Counted from the stretch's first letter, positions 43,447 through 55,984 are shown. The stretch: DNA of 64,000 nucleotides from Macrostomum lignano (GCA_002269645.1 NIVC01000201.1:62001-126000); one strand, 5' to 3'. The notes: a model not told the origin generated them from the sequence alone. Numbers and translations are program-made.

Positions 43447-46400
43447 CTAAAAGAAGCCGTTGATCAGGTCTGCCAGGTCGGCAATCTTGTTGAAGTGAGC
43501 GGCCTGGCAAGCGGCTTTGAGCTCGTCAGGGTACAGGTGGTGAACCCTGGGCGGCATGCTCTGGTAGCGCAGCCACTCGCACAGCTCAGCAACAACCTGA
43601 CGCTTCTCTGGCTCGGACGACAGAGCCGACAGCCGCTCGAAGGAGGTCTTGATGTCGGCATCTGTCTGCTCCTCGCGGTAGTCCATGCCCATGCGCTCGT
43701 AGCGGTCATCGACTCGCTGGCACTCGCGATTGTGCACCGCCTGGGTTGATTGATTTGATTGATTGGTTTATTTGACTGGCTTGTTTGATTGTTTAATCCA
43801 GTAATTTGGTTTAATAATATAAAAGAAGCCGGATCCTAAGCATGCATAAATCAAGCAGTGTTTTCATTTATTAGCGGCTTATAGAAGTGCAGCAGTATAC
43901 AGACACAAACAAACGAATTGAAACAAACCAATAAGTCTAGTTCTCAAAGCTTCAGACCTTTCTCTGCTTGAACCAGTGCAGCGCGAGCTCCTCGAACTCA
44001 GCATTCTGGAGCAGTTTGCTCAGCACCAGCTTCAGGGTTGACTCGTGCTTCTCCTCGCGCGATTTAGCGGCAGGTCCGGCAGAGGCCGACATCCTTGATG
44101 GCAGCTGATCTGCAGAATGCCATGCATAATCCGAGTAGAATCATTATTCGCAAGGAAGGAGGGCCACGCCCCCGGCCCCTCCCTTTCCTCTCCTCTCCTT
44201 TCCTCTCCTTTCCTCTCCTCTCCTTTCCTTTCCTCTCCTCTCCTTTCCTTTCCTTTCCTCTCCTCTCCTTTCCTTTCCTCTCCTCTCCTCTCCTCTCCTT
44301 TCCTCTCCTCTCCTCTCCTCTCCTCTCCTTTCCTCTCCTCTCCTCTCCTTTCCTCTCCTCTCCTCTCCTCTCCCTTCCTTTCCTCTCCTCTCCTCTCCTT
44401 TCCTCTCCTCTCCTCTCCTCTCCTCTCCTCTCCTTTCCTCTCCTCTCCTCTCCTCTCATTTCCTCTCCTCTCCTCTCCTCTCCTTTCCTTTCCTCTCCTC
44501 TCCTTTCCTCTCCTCTCCTCTCCTCTCCTTTCCTCTCCTCTCCTCTCCTTTCCTTTCCTTTCCTCTCCTCTCCTCTCCTCTCCTCTTCTCCCCTTTCCTC
44601 TCCTCTCCTCTCCTTTCCTCTCCTCTCCTTTCCTCTCCTCTCCTCTCCTCTCCTCTCCTCTCCTCTCCTTTCCTCTCCTCTCCTCTTCTCTCCTTTCCTT
44701 TCATCTCCTCTCCTCTCCTCTCCTCTCCTCTCCTCTCCTTTCCTTTCCTTTCCTCTCCTCTCCTCTCCTCTCCTCTCCTTTCCTCTCCTCACCTCTCCTT
44801 TCCTCTCCTCTCCTCTCCTCTCCTCTCCTTTCCTTTCCTCTCCTCTCCTTTCCTCTCCTCTCCTCTCCTCTCCTCTCCTTTCCTCTCCTCTCCTCTTCTC
44901 TCCTTTCCTTTCATCTCCTCTCCTCTCCTCTCCTCTCCTCTCCTCTCCTTTCCTTTCATCTCCTCTCCTCTCCTCTCCTCTCCCCTCCTATCCTCTCCTC
45001 TCCTCAGCTCTCCTTTCCTTTCATCTCCTCTCCTCTCCCCTCCTCTCCTCTCCTCTCCTCTTCTCTCCTTTCCTCTCCTCTCCTCTCCTTTCCTTTCCTT
45101 TCCTCTCCTCTCCTCTCCCATCCTCTCCTCTCCTCTCCTCTCCTCTCCTTTCCTTTCCTTTCATCTCCTCTCCTCTCCTCTTCTCTCCCCTCCTCTCCTC
45201 TCCTCTCCTTTCCTTTCATCTCCTCTCCTCTCCTCTCCCCTCCTCTCCTCTCCTCTCCTTTCCTCTCCTTTCCTTTCCTCTCCTTTCCTCTCCTTTCCTT
45301 TCCTTTCCTCTCTTCTCCTTTCCTCTCCTCTCCTCTTCTCTCCTTTACTCTCCTCTCCTCTCCTTTTCTTTCCTTTCCTCTCCTCTCCCCTCCTCTCCTC
45401 TCCTCTCCTCTCCTCTCCTTTCCTTTCCTTTCATCTCCTCTCCTCTCCTCTCCCCTCCTCTCCTCTCCTCTCCTCTCCTCTCCTCTCCTTTCCTTTCATC
45501 TCCTCTCCTCTCCTCTCCCTCCTCTCCTCTCCTCTCCTCTCCTCTCCTCTTCTCTCCTTTCCTTTCCTCTCCTCTCCTTTCCTTTCCTTTCCTCTCCTCT
45601 CCTCTCCCTCCTCTCCTCTCCTCTCCTCTCCTCTCCTTTCCTCTCCTCTCCTCTCCTCTCCTTTCCTTTCCTCTCCTCTCCTTTCCTCTCCTCTCCTCTC
45701 CTCTCCTCTCCTCTCCTCTCCCCTCCTCTCCTCTCCTCTCCTCTCCTCTCCTCTTCTCTCCTTTCCTTTCCTCTCCTCTCCTCTCCTTTCCTCTCCTCTC
45801 CTCTCCTCTCCTTTCCTTTCCTCTCCTCTCCTTTCCTCTCCTCTCCTCTCCTCTCCTCTCCTCTCCTTTCCTTTCCTCTCCTCTCCTCTCCTTTCCTTTC
45901 CTCTCCTTTCCTCTCCTCTCCTCTCCTTTCCTTTCCTCTCCTCTCCTCTCCTCTCCTCTCCTCTCCTCTCCTTTCCTCTCCTCTCCTCTCCTTTCCTCTC
46001 CTCTCCTCTCCTTTCCTCTCCTCTCCTCTCCTCTCCTTTCCTTTCCTCTCCTCTCCTTTCCTCTCCTCTCCTCTCCTCTCCTTTCCTTTCCTCTCCTCTC
46101 CTCTCCTTTCTCCTCTCCTTTCCTCTCCTCTCCTCTCCTTTCCTTTCCTCTCCTCTCCTCTCCTCTCCTCTCCTCTCCTCTCCTCTCCTTTCCTCTCCTC
46201 TCCTCTCCTTTCCTTTCCTCTCCTCTCCTCTCCTCTCCTCTTCTCCCCTTTCCTCTCCTCTCCTCTCCTTTCCTCTCCTCTCCTTTCCTCTCCTCTCCTC
46301 TCCTCTCCTCTCCCCTCCTCTCCTCTCCTCTCCTCTCCTCTCCTCTTCTCTCCTTTCCTTTCCTCTCCTCTCCTCTCCTTTCCTCTCCTCTCCTCTCCTC

Positions 46401-48335
46401 TCCTTTCCTTTCCTCTCCTCTCCTTTCCTCTCCTCTCCTCTCCTCTCCTCTCCTCTCCTTTCCTTTCCTCTCCTCTCCTCTCCTTTCCTCTCCTCTCCTT
46501 TCCTCTCCTCTCCTCTCCTTTCCTTTCCTCTCCTCTCCTCTCCTCTCTCTCCTCTCCTTTCCTCTCCTCTCCTCTCCTTTCCTCTCCTCTCCTCTCCTTT
46601 CCTCTCCTCTCCTCTCCTCTCCTTTCCTTTCCTCTCCTCTCCTTTCCTCTCCTCTCCTCTCCTCTCCTTTCCTTTCCTCTCCTCTCCTCTCCTTTCCTCT
46701 CCTCTCCTTTCCTCTCCTCTCCTCTCCTTTCCTTTCCTCTCCTCTCCTCTCCTCTCCTCTCCTCTCCTCTCCTCTCCTCTCCTTTCCTCTCCTCTCCTCT
46801 CCTTTCCTTTCCTCTCCTCTCCTCTCCTCTCCTCTTCTCCCCTTTCCTCTCCTCTCCTCTCCTTTCCTCTCCTCTCCTTTCCTCTCCTCACCTCTCCTTT
46901 CCTCTCCTCTCCTCTCCTCTCCTCTCCTTTCCTTTCCTCTCCTCTCCTTTCCTCTCCTCTCCTCTCCTCTCCTCTCCTTTCCTCTCCTCTCCTCTTCTCT
47001 CCTTTCCTTTCATCTCCTCTCCTCTCCTCTCCTCTCCTCTCCTCTCCTTTCCTTTCCTCTCCTCTCCTCTCCTTTCCTCTCCTCTCCTTTCCTCTCCTCT
47101 CCTCTCCTTTCCTTTCCTCTCCTCTCCTCTCCTTTCCTTTCCTTTCCTCTCCTCTCCTCTCCCATCCTCTCCTCTCCTCTCCTCTCCTCTCCTTTCCTTT
47201 CCTTTCATCTCCTCTCCTCTCCTCTTCTCTCCCCTCCTCTCCTCTCCTCTCCTTTCCTTTCATCTCCTCTCCTCTCCTCTCCCTCCTCTCCTCTCCTCTC
47301 CTTTCCTCTCCTTTCCTTTCCTCTCCTTTCCTCTCCTTTCCTTTCCTTTCCTCTCTTCTCCTTTCCTCTCCTCTCCTCTTCTCTCCTTTACTCTCCTCTC
47401 CTCTCCTTTTCTTTCCTTTCCTCTCCTCTCCCTCCTCTCCTCTCCTCTCTCTCCTCTCCTTTCCTTTCCTTTCATCTCCTCTCCTCTCCTCTCCCCTCCT
47501 CTCCTCTCCTCTCCTCTCCTCTCCTCTCCTTTCCTTTCATCTCCTCTCCTCTCCTCTCCCCTCCTCTCCTCTCCTCTCCTCTCCTCTCCTCTTCTCTCCT
47601 TTCCTTTCCTCTCCTCTCCTTTCCTTTCCTTTCCTCTCCTCTCCTCTCCCCTCCTCTCCTCTCCTCTCCTCTCCTCTCCTTTCATCTCCTCTCCTCTCCT
47701 CTCCTCTCCCTCCTCTCCTCTCCTCTCCTCTCCTCTCCTTTCCTTTCATCTCCTCTCCTCTCCCCTCCTCTCCTCTCCTCTCCTTTCCTCTCTTTTCCTT
47801 TCATCTTTTTTCCTCTCCTTTCCTTTCCTTTCCTCTCCTCTCCTTTCCTCTCCTCTCCTCTCCTTTCCTTTCCTTTCCTCTCCTCTCCCCTCCTCTTCTC
47901 TCCTTTCCTCTCCTCTCCTCTCCTTTCCTTTCCTTTCCTTTCCTCTCCTTTCCTTTCCTCTCCTCTCCTCTCCTTTCCTCTCCTCACCTCTCCTTTCCTC
48001 TCCTCTCCTCGTTAGCAGGCTGGCAGATGTGCTCCTATATGACTTGACTCACTTAAACTACAGGAGTCTACAGGAGGGGCTGCCCTCGGTGACCTGGTCT
48101 CGCAACCAGAGCTGACAGCAATTCTGCCCCAGTTCCGCGGACTCCTGAGCAAATGCAAACGCGCCAATGCTGTACACAGGCGCCACTCATGCACCCGCTC
48201 ACACAGGGTTGTACAAAGCGGCCCTGACTTTCTAATGGCATGTACACTCTCTGTGTCTTGGTGGTTGGCTCTTATGGTGAACTCCCTCAGCCAATTTTCG
48301 TGCCCACAAGCCCGGGCCAAATGAAGCCGCCTCAT
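43447..48335 (-). CDS. Unknown spliced gene with a possible death-fold-like C-terminus (copy 2)
   Basis: Exons 43447-43740 and 43958-44109, and an upstream exon ending at 48053 that is open to at least 48335; phases are compatible. The 5' end is uncertain, and the upstream exon differs from copy 1 by indels. Confidence 0.6.
44178..48010. repeat. 3.8-kb (CCTCT/CCTTT)n homopyrimidine microsatellite (intronic)
   Basis: C/T pentamer array with rare A interruptions. Confidence 0.98.
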
Positions 48336-48879
48336 GCCCTTCTTTCGAACATGACAGATTTAAGTTGACAGCAGAGTTAAAAAACGTCATGTACTTTAAG
48401 CTCATCGACAAGTTTTTTTGATATTAAAAACTGCGGTATTCAACAATGGTTTGGGCCACGAGTTAAAACGATGGCTCTCAGCTTACCTGAAAATACCGAT
48501 TAACCCCGAGATCAATGAAGAATCAATCCGACGTAATTCGCAATTAAAAGTATTTCAGGTCACAGAATTGCTTGCAGAGACTTTGAGACAGAAAACTGTG
48601 GGTGGGACTTGCGCACGTCAGTTGTGAAGGTATTTGTACACTGCCAGTCCCTTGAGGACAGACTTGATACTCAGTTGCACAGCTATATGTTGCTCTGGCC
48701 TTGGCTGTACTCTTATTGTACAAGCGTATATCGTTCCTCAAAGAGTTGGCGCGTGTACATTTCTGCTCACTCCAGCTCATGGTGAGTTCTGAGAAACGTA
48801 CTGGAAATAACAATACGAGAAGGGGCCGCTTTGTCCATTTTAGCTTGTAGTGTACTATAAACATTTTTAGTATAGTGGA

Positions 48880-49370
48880 CTAGCAATCTGCGCCCCCCAA
48901 TTGGGGAGGAAATATTTTTAAAAAGAAACTACATGTAGGTTTTAAGCTATAGTGAACATTTGCAGCCATTAAACTGTTAAACTTATAAGGTTATTTAAAG
49001 CAAAAAGCATCAGTCCTAAAAGCAGCTATCTAGCCTAAGATATCAGCATATCCTGTGAGCCTTGGCTCAATGCGTCTGAGCAATCCCTGGTGAGCCTCAG
49101 CAGTTCAGAAAGCCCCCATGAGCCTCATGAATCTTTGACATTCAGCAGTTCCCCTCTGAGCCACAGAGAATTTCACCGATTTTCTCAATGAGCCTAAGGC
49201 ATCTCAGCAATTCCCCCATGAGCCCTGACATCTCAGAAGTTCCCTACGATCGAGCTACATCATTTCAACAATCCTTCCAAGTCCCAATAAACCTTGAAAT
49301 TTCATGAATTCTCTCTCGGAGCCAAAGAATCTCCCCATTGAGCTTTGGCATCTAAAGTTTTAAGCGCTTC
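48880..49370 (-). mobile_element. Helitron-like 3' fragment (block B copy)
   Basis: Minus strand reads CTCCCC-AATT-GGGGGG-CGCAGATTG-CTAG-T. Confidence 0.7.
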
Positions 49371-49374
49371 TTTT

Positions 49375-49555
49375 GGGAGTTTTGGCCCAGTGGTTAGAGC
49401 ATTAGACTCACGACTGAAAGGTCAGGAGTTCGATTCACAACCCAATCGGAACAATCTGTGTCTTTGAGCAAGACACTTCACTCTGCATTGCTTCAGTTCA
49501 CCCAGCTGTAAAATGGGTGCCAGCATTAGTTGGGGTAATTGAGGGTGTGTGCGGT
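49375..49555 (+). mobile_element. tRNA-derived CORE-like SINE (block B copy)
   Basis: A and B boxes and CORE-like segment as at 29014. Confidence 0.8.
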
Positions 49556-49789
49556 ATCTGAGTTGACATCCGGGTAAATGTTAGTTGAAATAGAAAATAT
49601 CAATAAAGCGCTCAACACTGTAAACTGATTCGTGTAGCAGAGCCAAATGCAGCGACATGCATAATTGAGGTACGCACATCAGGATAAATGTATTTACACT
49701 TCACGCAAAAATGCAAATAAATATTCATACCAAAGGCGATTCTGCTTATTCTAAGCATAGCAAACACCAAGCTAGTTTAAGAAGCTTGG

Positions 49790-50310
49790 ATTTTGAAAAA
49801 GTATATAGTTGCTATCTTTAGAAAGCTAAATTTTGGGAAAGCCTATAGTTTGTATTTTTAGAAACCTGGATCTTGGAGAAGTCTAGAGTTGCTATTTTTA
49901 GAAACCAGGATTTTGGAGAAGCCTACAGTTGCTATTTTTAGAAACCTGGATTTTGGGGAAGCCTACAGTTGCTTTTTTTAGAAACCAGGATTTTGGAGAA
50001 GCCTACAGTTGCTTTTTTTAGAAACCAGGATTTTGGAGAAGCCTACAGTTGCTTTTTTTAGAAACCAGGATTTTGGAGAAGCCTACAGTTGCTTTTTTTA
50101 GAAACCAGGATTTTGGAGAAGCCTACAGTTGCTTTTTTTAGAAACCAGGATTTTGGAGAAGCCTACAGTTGCTATTTTTAGAAACCTGGATTTTGGGGAA
50201 GCCTACAGTTGCTATTTTTAGTAACCTGGATTTTGGGGAAGCCTACAGTTGCTATTTTTAGAAACCTGGATATTTTGGGGAAGTCCTACAGTCGCTATTT
50301 TTAGAAACCA
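49790..50310. repeat. 40-bp minisatellite (expanded copy)
   Basis: About 12 tandem units of the repeat at 29420. Confidence 0.92.
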
Positions 50311-50330
50311 GCATAATTTTATGGCGGAAG

Positions 50331-53300
50331 TCAAGCACTCGGCTGGGACAAATCAGAGAAGTAAATGGAGTCAAACAGAGCCTCGTTGCCGCCGCAATCG
50401 ATTCTCTTCCGATCGAACCCGGCATTGGCCTGCTTGTAACTCAGCCGCTCCCACAGCCGGCCAGAGTAGGGCAGGTTGCGATAGTTGCCATGGAAACTAA
50501 TCAGCGACATCGCCTTGCCAGCTATGGGCGTTCTCTGATCGCTGCCCGCCGAGCCGTGGCTGATCTGCAGCTTCAGGTTGCTCTCTTGAACGGCCAGGAC
50601 TGTGGTGATGTGCCTGCAGTTCGGGATGGCGACACGGCAAGCATGGGATAATAGAGATCTTAGATATTGGGGGGTGTGGGGATGGGATGAGGATCTGGGG
50701 TGAGATGGGGATCTGAGGGTGGGATCGGGATCTGGGGATTGAATGGGGATCTGAGGATTGGATGGGGATCTGAGGGTGAGATGGGGATCTGAGGATTGGA
50801 TGGGGATCTGAGGATTGGATGGGGATCTGAGGGTGGGATGGGGATCTGAGGATTGAATGGGGATCTGAGGATTGGATGGGGATCTGAGGGTGGGATGGGG
50901 ATCTGAGGATTGAATGGGGATCTGAGGGTGAGATGGGGATCTGAGGGTGAGATGGGGATCTGAGGATTGGATGGGGATCTGAGGGTGAGGTGGGGATCTG
51001 AGGGTGGGATGGGGTTCTAAATTTGAGGCTTTACACCATGGCAGTTAGGGAGCTTGGAAGCATGGCATTAGGAGCAATAAGAATTTCGATAGTTTACAAT
51101 AATGAATCAGTAAATTAGGAAAATACAGAAGAGGCTGTAAGCAGGTCCAGCCAGCCCCAGACTCACTGAGCAGCCTGCAGACAGGTGGTCCGCCTGTCCG
51201 AGCGGCCCAGCTCAGCGTAGACCCGCGACAGTCGCCGCCAGAGCCGGTCGCAGAGCGGGTTGAGCAGCAGGCAGTTCTGCAGGGCGAGCCGGTGGCTGTC
51301 CGAGTGCTGAGCGGCGATGTCCGGCTGCAGGAAGATGTCCAGCAGCAGGTTGTAGGCGGCCATGAACTGATCGTCCGTGCTGCACTCGTCCAGCTGGGAT
51401 CAGGGGGGTTGAGGTGGCTAAGGGGCGATTCTTATGGGGTGGCTGAGGAGCGATTCTTATGGGGTGGCTGAGGGGCGATTCTCATAGGGTGGCTGAGGGG
51501 CGATTTTTTTGGGGTGGCTGAGGGGCGATTCTTATGGGGTGGCTGAGGGGCGATTCTTTTGGGGTGGCTGAGGGGCGATTCTTATGGGGTGGCTGAGGAG
51601 CGATTCTTATGGGGTGGCTGAGGAGCGATTCTTATGGGGTGGCTGAGGGGCGATTCTTATGGGGTGGCTGAGGAGCGATTCTTATGGGGTGGCTGAGGAG
51701 CGATTCTTATGGGGTGGCTGAGGGGCGATTTTTTTGGGGTGGCTGAGGGGCGATTCTTATGGGGTGGCTGAGGGGCGATTCTTTTGGGGTGGCTGAGGGG
51801 CGATTCTTGTGGGGTGGCTGAGGGGCGATTCTTATGGGGTGGCTGAGGGGCGATTCTTGAGGGGTGGCTGAGGGGCGATTCTTATGGGGTGGCTGAGGGG
51901 CGATTCTTGTGGGGTGGCTGAGGGGCGATTCTTATGGGGTGGCTGAGGGGCGATTCTTATGATGGGGTGGCTGAGGGGCGATTCTTGTGGGGTGGCTGAG
52001 GGGCGATTCTTATGATGGGGTGGCTGAGGGGCGATTCTTGTGGGGTGGCTGAGGGGCGACTTATAGGGATATCACGCTAGCCTGACTCACCTGCTTCCTG
52101 GCAATCTGCAGAGCCTCCTGACCCCGACCCAGGATGGCCTGGCAGCGGGCGACGGCCTCGGTGATGTCTCGCCGCACGATGGCGTTGCTGGCGGGCAGCA
52201 GGTCTGGCGGTGTAGGAAGGCTGTCAATCTTCAGGACATTCATGGATTCTTCAGGACATTCAGAGATTCTTCAGGACATTCAGAGATTCTTCAGGACATT
52301 CAGAGATTCTTCAGGATATTCAGAGATTCTTCAGGACATTCAGAGATTCTTCAGGATATTCAGAGATTCTTCAGGACATTCAGAGATTCTTCAGAACATT
52401 CAGAGATTCTTCAGGACATTCATGGATTCTTCAGGACATTCATGGATTCTTCAGGACATTCAGAGATTCTTCAGAACATTCAGAGATTCTTCAGGACATT
52501 CATGGATTCTTCAGGACATTCAGAGATTCTTCAGGACATTCAGAGATTCTTCAGGACATTCAGAGATTCTTTAGGACATTCAGAGATTCTTTAGGACATT
52601 CAGAGATTCTTCAGGACATTCAGAGATTCTTTAGGACATTCAGAGATTCTTTAGGACATTCAGAGATTCTTCAGGACATTCAGAGATTCTTCAGGACATT
52701 CAGAGATTCTTTAGGACATTCAGAGATTCTTCAGGACATTCATGGATTCTTCAGGACATTCAGAGATTCTTCAGAACATTCAGAGATTCTTCAGAACATT
52801 CAGAGATTCTTCAGGACATTCATGGATTCTTCAGGACATTCAGAGATTCTTCAGGACATTCATGGATTCTTCAGGACATTCAGAGATTCTTTAGGACATT
52901 CAGAGATTCTTCAGGACATTCAGAGATTCTTCAGGACATTCAGAGATTCTTTAGGACATTCAGAGATTCTTCAGGACATTCAGAGATTCTTCAGGACATT
53001 CAGAGATTCTTTAGGACATTCAGAGATTCTTTAGGACATTCAGAGATTCTTCAGGACATTCAGAGATTCTTTAGGACATTCAGAGATTCTTCAGGACATT
53101 CATGGATTCTTCAGGACATTCATGGATTCTTCAGGACATTCAGAGATTCTTCAGAACATTCAGAGATTCTTCAGGACATTCATGGATTCTTCAGGACATT
53201 CAGAGATTCTTCAGGACATTCATGGATTCTTCAGGACATTCAGAGATTCTTCAGGACATTCAGAGATTCTTCAGGACATTCAGAGATTCTTTAGGACATT

Positions 53301-55561
53301 CAGAGATTCTTTAGGACATTCAGAGATTCTTCAGGACATTCAGAGATTCTTCAGGACATTCATGGATTCTTCAGATGTCGGGTAGGGCTCAGAAGGGCGA
53401 AGAAGACACAAAGACAAGAAGACAGAAGACAGTGCTCAGCTCTGTCTCAGATTCTCAGATCCCCATCGGCACGCACCCAACGCGGTCAAATAGTCTTCCA
53501 GCGCACTGTCGTACCGCGCCTCGAAGTACAGCAGATCCGCGCGCAGCTTCAGCTCGAGCAGCCGCTGGTCGTCATCGCGCTGCAGCTGATCGGAGTCGCG
53601 GAACCACTGAGGCGGGTAGGGGAGTAAAGGGTAGCGGCGATTCGGGCAGGAACAGCACTTTTCTCTATAGCGATAAAATCTGCAAATCCGCATTTGCAGG
53701 CAACTTTATAGTGGCCCGACTCGTCCCTCAATTTTAAGACTCCATTTTGTCTGTGGGGCGGCGCTTTTTCATCCTACCGGCGCCATTTTACGAGTACTTT
53801 AGAAGGCACCATTTTCTGAGGGGCGCCATTTCACTTTGAGGAAGCGGTTTTATTTGAGGGAGCGCCATTTCATCTCATCTGAGAGGCGCTTTTTGATTTG
53901 AAGGGCGCTATTTTATCTGTAGGGCGGCGCCATTTTATCTTAAGTAGCGCAACTTTATCTGAGGAAGCGCCATTTGATCTGAAGCGGCGCCATATCCGAG
54001 GAAGCGCCATTTTATCTGAGAGAGCGACATTTTATCTGAGGGAGCGCCATTTTATCTAAAGGAGCGATATTTTATCTGAGGAAGCGCCATTTTAACTGAG
54101 AAAGCGCCATTTTATCTGAGGAAGCGCCATTTTATCTGAGGAAGCGCCATTTTATCTGAGAGAGCGCCATTTTATCTGAGGGAGTGCCATTTTATCTGAG
54201 GGAGCGCCATTTTATCTGAGGAAGCGCCATTTTATCTGAAAAAGCGCCAATTTTTCCGAGGAAGCGCCATTTTATCTGAGGGAGCGCCATTTTATCTGAG
54301 GAAGCGCCATTTTATCTGAGAGAGCGCCATTTTATCTGAGGGAGTGCCATTTTATCTGAGGGAGCGCCATTTTATCTGAGGAAGCGCCATTTTATCTGAA
54401 AAAGCGCCAATTTTTCCGAGGAAGCGCCATTTTATCTGAGGGAGCGCCATTTTATCTGAGGAAGCGCCATTTTATCTGAGAGAGCGCCATTTTATCTGAG
54501 GGAGTGCCATTTTATCTGAGGGAGCGCCATTTTATCTGAGAAAGCGCCATTTTATCTGAAAAAGCGCCAATTTTTCCGAGGAAGCGCCATTTTATCTGAG
54601 GGAGCGCCATTTTATCTGAGGAAGCGCCATTTTATCTGAGGGAGCGCCATTTTATCTGAGGGAGTGCCATTTTATCTGAGGGAGCGCCATTTTATCTGAG
54701 GAAGCGCCATTTTATCTGAGGGAGCGCCATTTTATCTGAGGGAGCGCCATTTTATCTGAGGGAGCGCCATTTTATCTGAGGGAGCGCCATTTTATCTGAG
54801 GGAGCGCCATTTTATCTGAGGGAGAGCCATTTTATCTGAGGGAGCGCCATTTTATCTGAGGGAGAGCCATTTTATCTGAGGGAGCGCCATTTTATCTGAG
54901 GGAGCGCCATTTTATCTGAGGGAGCGCCAATTTTTCCGAGGAAGCGCCATTTTATCTGAGGAAGCGCCATTTTATCTGAGGAAGCGCCATTTTATCTGAG
55001 GGAGCGCCATTTTATCTGAGGGAGCGCCATTTTAACTGAGGGAGCGCCATTTTATCTGAGGGAGCGCCATTTTATCTGACAAGGCGCCAAGATAGGCCAC
55101 TCTTTTTCGTTCCCTGGCTACAATCTTAGCGTTGTGTGAAATTTTAAGATTGGAGCTCAAGCATAAAATTGTGATATTACAGCACTTTGCAGCGGTCCAA
55201 ACGAACACATATAAGCACAAACATACTGAAGGGGTTTTGTTAATTGTTATTCTGCAACCACAGCCGGCCATCTCTACTCAACAGCTCGGTTAAACTACCA
55301 CTACGAGCGCATCAGTGCGAAATCCCCTTGGAACGCGCTGCCAAAGAATTCGTTTCGCATGCTTTCCTTGCTACTGTTCAGAAGCTGATCTAGAGACATA
55401 AGGATATAAATTAAAGATGCACTTACACCTTCAGTCAGCACACGGGGCTGGTAGTCATCCCGCTCGGAGTTTGAGCTGCCTCTTCCATCATCGCAAGAGC
55501 CCCCATTTTCGTCGAAATCAAAGTCGAATCCCTCCTGGAACAGTCGCGAAATTTCCAATGT
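50331..55561 (-). CDS. C8orf76: C8orf76-like TPR protein, 5 exons, about 295 aa
   Basis: Exons 55427-55561, 53477-53606, 52091-52203, 51167-51393 and 50331-50613, all GT-AG and phase-consistent (888 nt). FDFDFDE..DDYQPRVLTEGWF..LKLRADLLYFEARYDSALEDY..NAIVRRDITEAVARCQAILGRGQEALQIA resembles human C8orf76 as recalled. Exon 1 has no in-frame ATG. Confidence 0.75.
50680..51015. repeat. 19-bp intronic minisatellite (GATGGGGATCTGAGGATTG)
   Basis: Tandem units in intron 4. Confidence 0.92.
51410..52060. repeat. 25-bp intronic minisatellite (GGGGTGGCTGAGGGGCGATTCTTAT)
   Basis: Tandem units in intron 3. Confidence 0.95.
52228..53372. repeat. 20-bp intronic minisatellite (TCAGGACATTCAGAGATTCT)
   Basis: Tandem units in intron 2. 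Confidence 0.97.
53800..55080. repeat. 20-bp intronic minisatellite (GGAGCGCCATTTTATCTGAG)
   Basis: Tandem units in intron 1, degenerate at the left end. Confidence 0.96.
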
Positions 55562-55669
55562 CTGAGCTTGACGAGAAATGAGTTTATCTATAGCATGACA
55601 TGCTCAGCTGGCTTGCACTCAAATCTGGTGCGACAGGGACGGGCGGATAGGCTGACACACAACAAGAAG

Positions 55670-55671
<2 letters not shown>

Positions 55672-55713
<42 letters not shown>

Positions 55714-55747
55714 GGCAGGCAGACGGACAAACAGACAGACAGACAGG

Positions 55748-55782
<35 letters not shown>

Positions 55783-55783
55783 G

Positions 55784-55854
<71 letters not shown>

Positions 55855-55860
55855 GCAGGC

Positions 55861-55914
<54 letters not shown>

Positions 55915-55984
55915 GCAGGCAGACAGACGGACAAACAGACAGACAGGCAGACAGACAGACAGGCAGACAGACGGACAAACAGAT

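Noticed and set aside
44064-48115. Very long ORFs (up to 1332 aa of SSPLL / RGEER)
   Set aside because: Stop-free translations of a CT pentamer microsatellite; the same applies at 26966-27997.
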